Assembly: GCA_000091205.1 (NCBI GenBank)
Contig: AP006487.2
DNA length: 64,000 bases
Strand: one strand, 5' to 3'
Source: Cyanidioschyzon merolae
Taxonomy: Eukaryota
How positions within the stretch are numbered: position 1 is the first letter of the stretch; each line of letters starts with the position of its first letter. The notes beneath the pieces are model-generated. The model did no database searches. It worked only from the letters and a program-made list of their open reading frames with translations, and was not told the DNA's origin. A program made the translations under genes and the position numbers. This document shows, piece after piece, positions 22,051 through 32,597 of the stretch.

Positions 22051-23637
22051 TCATTGCTGGGCTGTCGACGACGAGCCCGCACCGGCACCAGCCGATGAGA
22101 CTGATCTCGCGGCTGCTGCTGCGCTCGCTCGAAGCACCGCTTCGATGCAGCGATCCATTTCCTGTCCGCCGTCCAAGAAATCGCTCACGTTTCCGGTTTC
22201 CCAACCGTTCCGCAGATCCTTCACCAGCTTGTATGGGTGCAGAACGTAATTACGGATCTGCTGACCCCAGGCTGCTTCGACGGCTTCGCCTCGAATTTCC
22301 TCCCAGCGGCTGCTGCGCTGCTCCTCCCGAATGACGAGCAGCTTGGCCTTGAGAATCTGCATCCCCTTGGTGCGATTCTGCGACTGCGATCTTTCAGACG
22401 AGCAGCGCACAGATACACCGGTCGGGATGTGTACAATGCGCACAGCGGTTTCGACTTTGTTCACGTTCTGACCGCCGCTGCCTCCTGATCGCATCGTCGT
22501 AATCTCCAGGTCCGAGTCCGGAATCTGCAGCTCTTCCTCCTCGTCTTCAAGAATCGGAAGCACCTCTACCCCTGCGAACGACGTCTGACGTTTCGCATCC
22601 GCGTTAAATGGTGACTGTCGAACGAGTCGATGCGTGCCCTTCTCCCATCGCAGATAGCCGTATGCGTACGGAGCGTTCACCTCCAGAACGGCTGACTTGA
22701 TGCCCGCCGTCTCACCTGGTGACAGGTCGGAGACACGAACAACCTTACTGGTTCCACCGCTCTCCGATGCGGCATTTCCAAACTTTCTTTCACACCAGCG
22801 TGTGTACATGCGCAGCAGTATCTCGGCCCAGTCCTGTGCATCGGTGCCGCCGGCGCCCGCCTGGACGGTGACGCGTGCTCCAAACCGATCGTATTGGCCG
22901 GAGAAGAGTCGTTCCAGCTCGAAGCTTCCCAGGTCGCTTGCAATGCGTTCGAGTTCCGCCAGGGTCCCATGGAGCAGTACTCGCACATCGTCCAGGTCCT
23001 GGTTTGCGGTGGCAGACGTCTGTACGCCAGTGGTTCCTGGTTCGTGCGTGGCTGGCAGTTCCTGCAACTCTTCGATGGTGGCAGTTGCGAGCTGCACCAC
23101 GGAATCGGCGTCTGCAACAGCTCGGAGCCAGCGTTCAGCGCGCTCCACAAGCGCCTTTTGATGAGCGAGTGCGCGAAGTTTTCGCTGGGCCTCTTTCGCG
23201 TCGTTCCACATCTCAGGAGAGAGTGTTGCACGTTCGAGCTCTTTGAGCCGTTTCCGCTGAGCTTCAAGGTCCAGCAGTTCTGAAGTTCGATGAACCTGCT
23301 CCTGCACAGACTGGCGCAGTGACGAAACCTCGTGGGCAAGGTCTCCAATAGCGGTAACGCTCTGGTGTATCGGTTGAGAGCATGCGCAAAGGCCGCTCGC
23401 ACCCCAGCTTGCCGCTAACGCTTTCGGGTATCGGGGTTTCCCCAGGGCGATGCCGCCCCATCGCCCGCGTGGTCGACTCCAGCGTCGCGAGTTCAACGCG
23501 GAGCGCTGTTTTCCGAACCGCTGGTGGAGCTGTGCACAGTTCAAGCCACAGTTGCTTGATACCAGCACTCTATCACTTGGACAGGGCGGTGCGAACATTC
23601 CAGCGCAGCAGCGCCTCTCCCTCGCCAACATGTCCAC
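22051..23637 (-). CDS. Class-I peptide chain release factor, RF2 type (organellar, probably mitochondrial) with GGQ and SPF motifs and an N-terminal presequence-like extension
   Basis: [51 protein letters not shown] (GGQ/PCRF core) and [24 protein letters not shown] (the SPF tripeptide is RF2-specific; RF1 has PxT). Confidence 0.85.
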   Translation of the reverse strand: MDMLARERRCCAGMFAPPCPSDRVLVSSNCGLNCAQLHQRFGKQRSALNSRRWSRPRGRWGGIALGKPRYPKALAASWGASGLCACSQPIHQSVTAIGDLAHEVSSLRQSVQEQVHRTSELLDLEAQRKRLKELERATLSPEMWNDAKEAQRKLRALAHQKALVERAERWLRAVADADSVVQLATATIEELQELPATHEPGTTGVQTSATANQDLDDVRVLLHGTLAELERIASDLGSFELERLFSGQYDRFGARVTVQAGAGGTDAQDWAEILLRMYTRWCERKFGNAASESGGTSKVVRVSDLSPGETAGIKSAVLEVNAPYAYGYLRWEKGTHRLVRQSPFNADAKRQTSFAGVEVLPILEDEEEELQIPDSDLEITTMRSGGSGGQNVNKVETAVRIVHIPTGVSVRCSSERSQSQNRTKGMQILKAKLLVIREEQRSSRWEEIRGEAVEAAWGQQIRNYVLHPYKLVKDLRNGWETGNVSDFLDGGQEMDRCIEAVLRASAAAAARSVSSAGAGAGSSSTAQQ

Positions 23638-24147
23638 AGTGCACGCCAGAACACAGACGCACTTGCGTCTCTGCTTCGAATGTGCGCGTTAGCCAAAGCG
23701 AACACCTTCAGTCCCCAGCGCGTTATTGTACGTCGCACGCTGTCTCTCTCCGGTGTACGGTCGGTGCGTTGAACGAGGCTCCCCTTCGAAGCGCAAGCGC
23801 TCCAGATAACACGTCACGAGCTTCCCCAGTTTCTCCGTAGACGCTTCCACGTTTCAAAAAACTCCACACAAGTCTCTCCTCTGCCAGAGTGGAAGCTTGA
23901 GCGTTCCACCAGCCTCGTAGGCGCTGATCCCTCCACTACAGACAAGCGTGTTTGCTGGTGTGCTTGAAACGCTCTGCTGCGTTCCCTGCACAAACGCAAC
24001 GAGCAGCGCGGCGCTGCTCGTAACCGCATGCCGCACGCCATTCCCGCAGCTGCAGTCGATCTGGACAACGCTCACTCCTTCAGGTGTTTGCGGTATACCA
24101 GCGGGAACTGCTGGAAGTGCAGCTAAACCGGGATAAAACATTACAAG

Positions 24148-24981
24148 ATGCGCGAATGGAAGAGTCAAGATGCCTGGAAACAACACAGCCTCAGGCTGTG
24201 CTTCGGCGTATGGCCTGGCACGGAGTTTTTGCATCGACCGCGCGCTGTTCACCGTCGCTCAGGGGTTGTGTGCTCACAAATGCAAACAGAAGACTCGCAT
24301 CCTGAGACACCGCAGGTACCCAAGGAGTCTCTTCAAGAGGAAAAGGATTCATCACCTGCTACAGATGCCTCTTTTATCCAGTCTCAAGATGGGAAAACCG
24401 TTTTTCTTGATCGGCGAACGGAGCGTCGGATTCAGCGAGGCTTCGTGCTCACGGAGCGCGGTCCACGGTCTATCTGGAAGCCAGCAGGCACGAGTTCTCA
24501 GCGTAACGAACGAGTGCCGCGGCGTGCAGCTGCACGTGGCGGGGCTGGTCCACCAGATACCACACCGCAGCTCGCGACTGTTCGTGTGCTCGTTTTGGGG
24601 GCGAATCACGTCGCACAGCGCTTAGCGGAGCTGCTTTCATCGCACTCACGGGTTTGCGGCTGTTACTTTGTGAGTGAAACTACCGATGAAGCAGCGATTG
24701 AGTCGATGAAAAAGTATGCGTACGCGTTACCGTTGCGCAGTGCACTGAATGACGACGAAGTCGTGCGCGTTGCGGAATGGGTGCTCGCCGATTATGTATT
24801 TCTGGTACCGACCGGGGAGACGCACGATGACGGAGTCTCCTTGAAGGATAAGGAAAGATTAGAACGCACGCTGGCACAGAATCGTGTCACGTTCATGGAC
24901 GAAAACCTAACCGGCTTGCTTCTAGAGAATCCCAGTCTGATAGATGCGCTATTCCGCGCTCGTGATAGTCTAGAGGCATAG
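24148..24981 (+). CDS. Hypothetical protein; possible Rossmann-like segment VRVLVLGANHVAQRLAELL
   Basis: 277-aa ORF, no confident family assignment. The true start may be an internal Met. Confidence 0.3.
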   Translation: MREWKSQDAWKQHSLRLCFGVWPGTEFLHRPRAVHRRSGVVCSQMQTEDSHPETPQVPKESLQEEKDSSPATDASFIQSQDGKTVFLDRRTERRIQRGFVLTERGPRSIWKPAGTSSQRNERVPRRAAARGGAGPPDTTPQLATVRVLVLGANHVAQRLAELLSSHSRVCGCYFVSETTDEAAIESMKKYAYALPLRSALNDDEVVRVAEWVLADYVFLVPTGETHDDGVSLKDKERLERTLAQNRVTFMDENLTGLLLENPSLIDALFRARDSLEA

Positions 24982-25022
24982 ACTTGGCGCAAGGCTGACG
25001 AGGCATTGGGATGCAGTGTAGA

Positions 25023-25023
<1 letters not shown>

Positions 25024-25058
<35 letters not shown>
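25024..25058. repeat. (CAG)12 microsatellite, intergenic
   Basis: gcagcagcagcagcagcagcagcagcagcagcagc. Confidence 0.9.
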
Positions 25059-25059
<1 letters not shown>

Positions 25060-26678
25060 CTAGTTGGGAACGCAAAGGTTCATCATGGGCATGATGTCGA
25101 AGTGAGCAGCCAGAAACTTTTCTGGATCGAGTTCTGTTGTGCACTTCCAGGCAGTACGGGAGTCTATTCGCTTCGATAACAAGGTAGGAGCATCGCGAGA
25201 AGCCTGGTAATCTTGGGGTTTTCATGGACGCCCGAGTTGGAGGCGGATTCAAAACACGGTTCTTGAATGAGCCGCGTTGCACGCAATTTTGAATAGATTC
25301 GCGATTGGTTGCTTCCCAGCGCATTTCCATCCTTCTTTTCATGACGAGTAGAGCGCAATGCTCTGAGGTCGACGCAGCAGAATAGTTGCCCTGGTGCCGG
25401 ATCGGTGCCGAGCGCGTCTGCATGGCGCATAATTGGAAATGCATTCAATCGTGTGATCCCTTCTACAGAATGACCTGCATCTTTTTCGCTTTCATTTTCA
25501 ACTTATCTCGACGCAAGGGCCTCGGCTGGCGTTGTCCATTCATGGACTATCGGCCATTGTACCGTATGCAACACCGTTCCACGTTTTCGCGGTTGCAATA
25601 GCACGTATGGAATCTGATCGGAGTGAGGATCCTCGAATTTCTTGTCTTCCCTGCCAAATATAGGTAATGTGAGCTCGGCATTGTGCTTGGATCCGGGTGT
25701 TCAACAAGCACAAACTCCTGATTCGAGCGCTTGCATCATGTTATGGATCGGCGGCCTCGCTCGTAATTCTCTTGGAACGCTTCGAATAGCTCCGGGGCGG
25801 CGACTTTTTTCGCAGTCTTGCATCAAGACGAGGAACCAGATCCCATCGGATGCGCAGTTGCTTCGTATTCATGGTATCGTCTCCGTGAGTCTCATCAGAT
25901 TCTGCTCGATGCATAGTACCCGCCCGCTCACGATGTCGAATCGATGCGCATAGCCAAACTCCCGCGGATGCGCGAGCGCTACCGCCGCCATCCCGAGGCA
26001 GAGAGGACTATCATCTCCGGCAAACCGTTGCACCTGCCGACAGGTCCATGCTGGAGTTCCTATCAGAACCAGAGCCATTTTCGATCCATTGACACCGGCC
26101 TTCCAGGCACTGAACATGCCGAGGACGCTGGCTGCTTCGACATGCCGTTCGCCTAACGGTAACAGAGCGGCTTTGAGGCGCCTTTAAGGGCGCCGACTCG
26201 AGACGCAGTCGGAATTCGCTTTCGCGTTCGACAGTGTCTAGGCGAGCAGCAGCGCCATGCGCATCCCAGCTCCTTACAGACCGCAGTTGCGAATCGTAGC
26301 CCTGACTCGGTCCTCGCTGGTGTTGCTGGTTTTCGATAATGACCGAATCGTGCGACAGCTTTCTCTGTTGAGCAGAAGGAATGCATACGAGCTCGCTGGT
26401 CACGATGCTGCTCCCGCATGGACAATGCTGACAGCGCCTGTGCATCAAAACGTGAGACGCATTGCGTCCGTGAGCCAGCGTTCCATGGCCAAGGCACGGT
26501 GCGGACGCTGCCTCCAGTCAGGGTACCGCTCGACACGAATTTACGCTCGGTAAACAAGTTGAAACGTACTTCCTAGCATCATTTGAGCGCGACTCGTAGC
26601 GAACACGATCTTTCTGCTCCAGACGGTTCATGTAGCATGCCAGCATCTTCTTTTGCTCGGCAAGATAGCATAAAACGA

Positions 26679-27623
26679 TCATGAACGACGCTCTAACGCA
26701 AGCTGATGAGCACGAGCAAGCATCTGATCCATTGCTTGCAAAACTCGATCATACAATTCCTGCCGAAGCGTCAGCAGTTTTTCGGCTCGCTCGAGGCCGC
26801 GCGTCCGCGTAGCCTGGAGTGCACAACCATCCAGCTCCTCCAACGCTCGGACAACTTTGCGGTACGATTCCATGCCCGGCTGCGTTGCTGAAGCAGTGTT
26901 TGCATCCAGTTTGTCCAACATACGGGCGAGATCGAAAAACTTTCGCCGCGTCTCCGAGAGTGGCACTCGTCGAAGACTCAGTCGGAAGGCCTCGATTTGA
27001 TCACGTTGCTGGTCAGGAGAAGCGGTTGCTGTGGGCTGCCGCCGCTGCTGCTGCTGCTGTTGCGGCTGGGGCGCTGCGGTTTCGACCACCGGCAGGCTGC
27101 CGCGCAGCAGCTCCAGCGCTTCCCGACACCGAGTTGCTGCGTCGATCAGCTCCTGCAGGGAGGAAACTTGCGTTGGGGTTTCTCGAGCCCGGCTACTTGT
27201 GTACCGTGCGCGCTCATCTTGAACATTTTCGTCCGCAACAAACACGGACTGAACGGGCTCCCGCTCCCAAACCGCATGGACACTGGTCGTCGGGGCCTGC
27301 AGTTCTGCCGGTGTCGGCGTCGCGGCGGTAAGCTCCGTTGCACCAAAAACCAGAGCGGCGTAAACCGTTATGCTGCATGCTAGCACATTGGCTTTTGCTG
27401 TGAAATGCTGCAATCGCCGCTGCTCTGGTTGTACCTTGCAAGCCTCCGCAGCGGTTGCATCAACGCTGGCGCCTGGCGGGTAAGCTAGTCGTCCTAGGCA
27501 CCTCAAGTGAAGTGGTTGGTGCCCCTCACTCTTTGAGCTAACAGTTCGTCGAATTCCGCTCCACCGATGCCGTAGTCGCTGGGAGAATGCCACTGAGTTT
27601 GCAAAGCCGAGCGCACACTGCAT
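26679..27623 (-). CDS. Hypothetical protein with N-terminal hydrophobic anchor, poly-Q tract and C-terminal helical/coiled region
   Basis: 314-aa ORF; LACSITVYAALVFGATEL hydrophobic segment; QQQQQQ from (CTG)n at about 27040-27060; no confident homolog. Confidence 0.35.
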   Translation of the reverse strand: MQCALGFANSVAFSQRLRHRWSGIRRTVSSKSEGHQPLHLRCLGRLAYPPGASVDATAAEACKVQPEQRRLQHFTAKANVLACSITVYAALVFGATELTAATPTPAELQAPTTSVHAVWEREPVQSVFVADENVQDERARYTSSRARETPTQVSSLQELIDAATRCREALELLRGSLPVVETAAPQPQQQQQQRRQPTATASPDQQRDQIEAFRLSLRRVPLSETRRKFFDLARMLDKLDANTASATQPGMESYRKVVRALEELDGCALQATRTRGLERAEKLLTLRQELYDRVLQAMDQMLARAHQLALERRS

Positions 27624-27804
27624 CAGTGTTTCCGAACCGCTGCTCAGGAACAGCGTGGAGCGAAGCTACGACTCGGACGAAGCGGACGTCGTGCCCAGAC
27701 GGGCACAGCGTCTTGTCCGCGTATACGCGCTCTAGCGTCGCTGTTCGAGGGCCTTTGACGCTCGTTTGCCTTGTGGAACGACTGGTAGCGATTGTCTACC
27801 CTGA

Positions 27805-29307
27805 TTGGCAGGCACGTGCTTCAGGTTTGTGCCTTCTGAGGCACCCGTAGACGTTGAACCTTGCAAACTTGGACGGCACGTAGATCTTCCAGCGCTGCGC
27901 TCTCTATTCTTAGCACGCTGGACAGAGACCCGACACCAGCTGTTCGCTTCAGGTAAGGTCGAACGCTCCTCGGCTGACGCTCTGCTTGCCTGGCGAGACG
28001 AGATGCACGTCAAGCGTAACTTTCAGGTTACGCACACGAGTCCTGGATCCCAGCAGGCGCGAGCAGAGCGTCTTGAGTTCTTGCCGCAAAAGAGGAGTAC
28101 GGGGAACTCGCCACGGGCCCGCGGTCCCGCTTTCACCGACAGCGCACGCGTCTCTAGTCGAGTGCAAGTATTCCATACTGCGCTTGCTTTTTGCTCGGTT
28201 CAGGGTTGGTTGGCAGGACGCCCTGTCTGGTCCGCAACAAGGCAGTGCTCGCAACGCCCTGCCCGTGAACGCGGTATGCGCTACTTACGGGTGCAACGTA
28301 CCAGGGGCATCGCACTGAACCTCTACGGCAATCAAGCCTTACCCAGTGATGAAGCGTTGCCCCCAGGCATGCCACCGCCGGTGTCGAGTTGGTTTCCCGG
28401 ACATATCGCTAAGGCGATGCGAGAGCTGCGCGACCGTCTCTCCCTGATCGACGTTGTCATCGAGGTCGTTGACGCCCGAATCCCTCGAACAACGTTTCCG
28501 CAATTCGTTCACGATATCCTTGGCACAAAAAGCCGCGTCATTGCGCTCAATCGTACGGACATGGTGCCCGTTGCTGCAAGCCGACACTGGCTCGCTGCGT
28601 TTCGACGTGGTGCACTGGACCGCGCGAGCGCAGCGTCCCAAGTCGAGCACCAGGCGAATGCACCCTGTTACCCAACCGATGGTAAGCTTGGAACCGGCAT
28701 TCCTCAACTACGGCGTGCGTGCATTGCTGCAGGGAAAACCGTGAATGAGCGGAGGGCGCGTCGAGGCCTGCTTTCTCGACCGATTCGTGTGGCGGTCATC
28801 GGCTATCCAAATGTTGGAAAATCAGCGGTGATCAACCGGCTCTGCAATCGCCGAGCAGCGGTATCTGCTGCACGTCCCGGGGTCACGAGGCAGCTCCAGT
28901 GGGTTCGGATCGCCCAGGATCTGGAACTGCTGGATACGCCAGGCGTCATTCCACCGAAACTCGAGGAGCAAGATGCTGCGTCGCGGTTGGCCATGTGTGA
29001 CGATATTGGTGAGACGGCGTACGATGTGGAGCGCATCGCGAGCCTCCTGATCGACACGCTGCTGACGCTGGATGGATCCTCCTGGATTGAGCATCCGTCG
29101 CTGCCAGCCAATGAGCGGCACGCTGTTCGATCAATCTTGCAACATCGGTATGGGTTTACGGATTTCCAGAATGGCGAGGATTTTCTCTATCTTGCGGCAA
29201 GGCAGTGCACGCAGAGGGACGTGGACAAAATGGCTCGTCGCCTGCTGACTGACTTTCGCCAACTTCATTTGGGGCGAATTTGTCTGGAGCCCTGCAAAAC
29301 CGACTGA
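27805..29307 (+). CDS. MTG1: MTG1/RbgA(YlqF)-family circularly permuted GTPase (mitochondrial ribosome large-subunit assembly factor) with roughly 170-aa N-terminal extension
   Basis: WFPGHIAKAMRELRDRLSLIDVVIEVVDARIPRTT...RVIALNRTDMV then RVAVIGYPNVGKSAVINRLCNRRAAVSAARPGVTRQLQWVRIAQDLELLDTPGVIPPK match the RbgA G4-G1-G3 order. Confidence 0.8.
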   Translation: MAGTCFRFVPSEAPVDVEPCKLGRHVDLPALRSLFLARWTETRHQLFASGKVERSSADALLAWRDEMHVKRNFQVTHTSPGSQQARAERLEFLPQKRSTGNSPRARGPAFTDSARVSSRVQVFHTALAFCSVQGWLAGRPVWSATRQCSQRPARERGMRYLRVQRTRGIALNLYGNQALPSDEALPPGMPPPVSSWFPGHIAKAMRELRDRLSLIDVVIEVVDARIPRTTFPQFVHDILGTKSRVIALNRTDMVPVAASRHWLAAFRRGALDRASAASQVEHQANAPCYPTDGKLGTGIPQLRRACIAAGKTVNERRARRGLLSRPIRVAVIGYPNVGKSAVINRLCNRRAAVSAARPGVTRQLQWVRIAQDLELLDTPGVIPPKLEEQDAASRLAMCDDIGETAYDVERIASLLIDTLLTLDGSSWIEHPSLPANERHAVRSILQHRYGFTDFQNGEDFLYLAARQCTQRDVDKMARRLLTDFRQLHLGRICLEPCKTD

Positions 29308-31632
29308 GAAGGCATCGGACTTGTACTGCAGCGCGCAAGCTAAGCGGTGATCTCCAACGGATGCCATATGGCCATTCGGGCCTGTTTTGGTTCCGCAAAT
29401 GCTCATTGAGAATTGCATCTGCGGGCAAGCAGAATCGTACCTGATGCTTGCAACCGCAACGACAACGAAATCAAAGACAATTCCGATCAGGTGAGCATAC
29501 GTGACAGTACGCGTCTGTCTCCGGTGGCGCTCGGCCGCATGCCTGTCATCCACATGAACTTGGTGGCAATGATATCAAGTGACTGGATCGCGGGGCGTCT
29601 TGGGCGCATCTTTTTCGATGAGGTTACGTGCCACGGGGAAACCTGGTTGGCGTTGCCGCCAGCGAGAAGCTCGCTGTCGTGCACTGCGCGCCGCCAGGGC
29701 TGGTACGGTCTCGTACAGTCCATCACCACACCTCTTTCCGTATCGATGGCACTGTGGTGTCATTTTGTGGCATGCTGCTGGGGCCTCTAAGGCATAGACA
29801 CGTCGCCGGGCCCGTACCCCGGGACACGTGTATCGATAGGATGTGTTCGTTTCAGATGAATATGTCCAACATGGTTGTTTATGTTGTTGCATATGCTGGT
29901 GCGCCGGGTTCACGACGCCCAAATGGACGCGCGCACACGCACTGTGCATTTCCATCTTGCGAGAGTTCAAACGAACTGGAACGCTTCTTGGCGATTTCTA
30001 TGGGTCTGAAGCATACCTCTACCCGAGACTCGCTGCACGTGCAGGTGCTGACTAGCGAGCGCACGCTGGTAACCGTTCCATCTTTTGTTCGCTGCTGGAG
30101 CAGCTTGGGAATCTGTGCCCTCCGGATGACATCGGCAGCACGCGCTCTCAAGGCGCATGGCGCTGATGAAGCCCCTGAATGGTGATGACGAACCTGATGC
30201 CATTGACGGAGGCGAGTTGCACGGCGACGTATCACGCTTCTCCGTTACCCGACGTGAAGTCGGTGGCAAAGCGCAACGTTTGGACGAGCATTTCGAGCGC
30301 AGGTTCACCGGAGCAAAGCCCCGGACCCCAGGAAAGCGTTCTGCTGGTGCTTTTCCCGGCCTCGACGCGCAGCGGCAAGTCGCAGGTGCCCTGTCGCAGG
30401 CGTGATATCGAGTGTGCAGCAGTCGCTGCGCCTCAAGTACGGATGATTGCATCCTGTTGGATCGCGTCGTGCACGATACGATCTTGATGGCTCTGCAGCG
30501 GCCTCGAATTCAGCCAGAAACTGATGCAGGAATGGAATGTCGCTTCATCACTTGTCTTGGACTATGTGCTGAAAATTCGTCGTCAGCGTGATGTCTAGAA
30601 AACGCCTCTCTCGGCAGAGGGCCCATGGAAACGAAATCCTTTTGGAAGGTTTGCGGAGATTGTCTCGCCAAATGACTGCACAGGCGTTCCGACGATGCGT
30701 GTTCGTCACAGGCTTGACGTGCAATGGACACCACTCGGTTCGAGAAGTTGCGCTTGTGTCCAGCACTTGTCCTGGCCCCTAGCGACGAAAACGCCTCAGG
30801 TCGCACGTGGCGCATCAGCTGTGCACGGGAACAAGCCGAGCGGCTGGCCCTGTACTTGTACCAGATGCGAACAGAACATTGAAGTGATCATGCGGTTCCA
30901 GCGGCTCGAATTTTTCCAATTTTTTTCTAAATAAACAGCGTCGACATTTATAGTGCAGCAGAAAAGGCGTACGGCCTCTTATGCAGGTCTGGGATGATCG
31001 CTTGTCATGTCGAAGAGGCGCTTTCGACGTTGTCCAGCTGGCAATCATTACATTACTGTCATCGAGATGATTCGCGATGCGCTCGAACAAGGGTTCGTAT
31101 AACAATCGATATCATTTTTCAATTCATAGATAAAGCCGCCTCTATTTTTTCGTTACGTGCAGTTCGCTGAAATCACACATTTTCTACGTTTCCGATCTTG
31201 CTTTTGAAGAAATCTTGTGGGCACCGCAATTCGCAACCCACTGGATTCACGAGAAAAACTCGATTGCACCCACTGAGGTCACGTTCACAAGCTCGTGCAG
31301 AACATTCACTGTACTGGTGTTGTCAACTGATCAGGTCAGGTCGAGAAACGAAAGCCTCTTCTCTCTGCAGGCATCGCCGCAAAAGGCAGTCGACAGCAGC
31401 GTCATAGATCTCGCGCTAGACGCTGTCAAAGTCTCCGGTCTTTTCCGTTCGCATTTCAGAGGGTCCTGGGCTCGGACCTGGCCACTGCAGCGATCGCGTC
31501 CTCGGGGAGCGCGCGTCACCGCTCTGCACGAAGGAGGCGAAGACAAATCGAAATTTTTTGACTTGTTCCGCATCCTGGATTCTCTTAACGGTACTCGTTC
31601 CGAAACGGACATCATTGCTTGCCCCAAGTCTT

Positions 31633-31668
31633 CTAGCAAATGGAACAGCGTTCGCTTGTGTCTGTGTC
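31633..31668. repeat. About 32-bp segment shared (about 80% identity) with 54973..55004, which lies immediately 5' of the Tc1-like relic; followed by a (GTCTGT)4 microsatellite
   Basis: CTAGCAAATGGAACAGCGTTCGCTTGTGTCTG versus CTACAGAATGGAACAGCGTACGCTTGTTTGTA; the core GCGTACGC is palindromic. Confidence 0.5.
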
Positions 31669-32597
31669 TGTGTCTGTACGTCGCAGACAGCGTACGCATC
31701 GATGGGAGCGCTCAGAAGAAACCCATGGACATGGGAGATGGCACGTGCGCCCTAACTAACGAAGGCATCAAGCCGACGCCGCTGTACTCGTCAAAGCCAT
31801 GGTCCGGGCGATGAAACAAGCCTTCCCGTGTCGTAATTAGTCCCTCATGTGAGGGTTTTTTAGGGACATATGGAAAGTCTTGGCCATAAGCAAGTGTTAC
31901 CGCTGCGTGCGCGTATTCAGCTAGCATACAAAGAAGATGAAAGGGCAAGGCGGGCATAGGTCGTATCTGGCGCCTGTGCATGACATGCGTCAACAACCGC
32001 CGGGGTCTGTAAAATCGGGACATGAACGCCATCATCAAATCATTCGAATGCTGAGAATGGAGCTTGACAGAACGGAGCGACCGGTGTATTGTATGGCAGA
32101 GAAAGCGAAAGGAGGCAGTTACAGAAAATTCCGCAAGATCTGGTATTGATGCCATTTGGAAGAGACCCAAACTTTCGCAAGTACGTCCGCGTCCACCAAG
32201 TCGTCCTCTTCGATTTTATGCTGACACGGGTATAAAAAGTCCAGTGATGAGATGAGCGGAACCTCTCCCAGATTCGCGGTTTCTTCGCTGGGGTACCTCT
32301 GGGATGGACGGCACTCACGCATGTATACATGCATGCGCATGCTCACCCCGAGAAAAGCATACATAAAAAGGCAGCAACCTCATTCGTAGAACGAGGGCAG
32401 CGGGTGATGATGCTCGTGACTGAATCAACTCATCATCGAGTCGCTCCTGGCAGGAGTATCGGGTACCGTGCCCAGTATGCCTGTAAGCAGACGCCATTTC
32501 ATGGCTGTTTCGCAGCGCCGCCTAGCGGCCTCGTCACTCCACCCGGACGCATGCACGCTGCCGACGCAAAGGCGAACCGCAACCTGCTGCGCAAACC

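Noticed and set aside
22051-23637. Bacterial prfB-style programmed +1 frameshift site (CUU UGA C) near codon 25 of the RF2-like gene
   Set aside because: The ORF is continuous from an upstream ATG with no in-frame TGA. The gene is nuclear-encoded with an N-terminal extension.
24148-24981. Possible PurD/ATP-grasp N-domain similarity of VRVLVLGANHVAQRLAELL...
   Set aside because: The resemblance is limited to a generic Rossmann-like beta-alpha-beta start. The ORF is too short and lacks the GNGGREHA signature, so it is kept as hypothetical.
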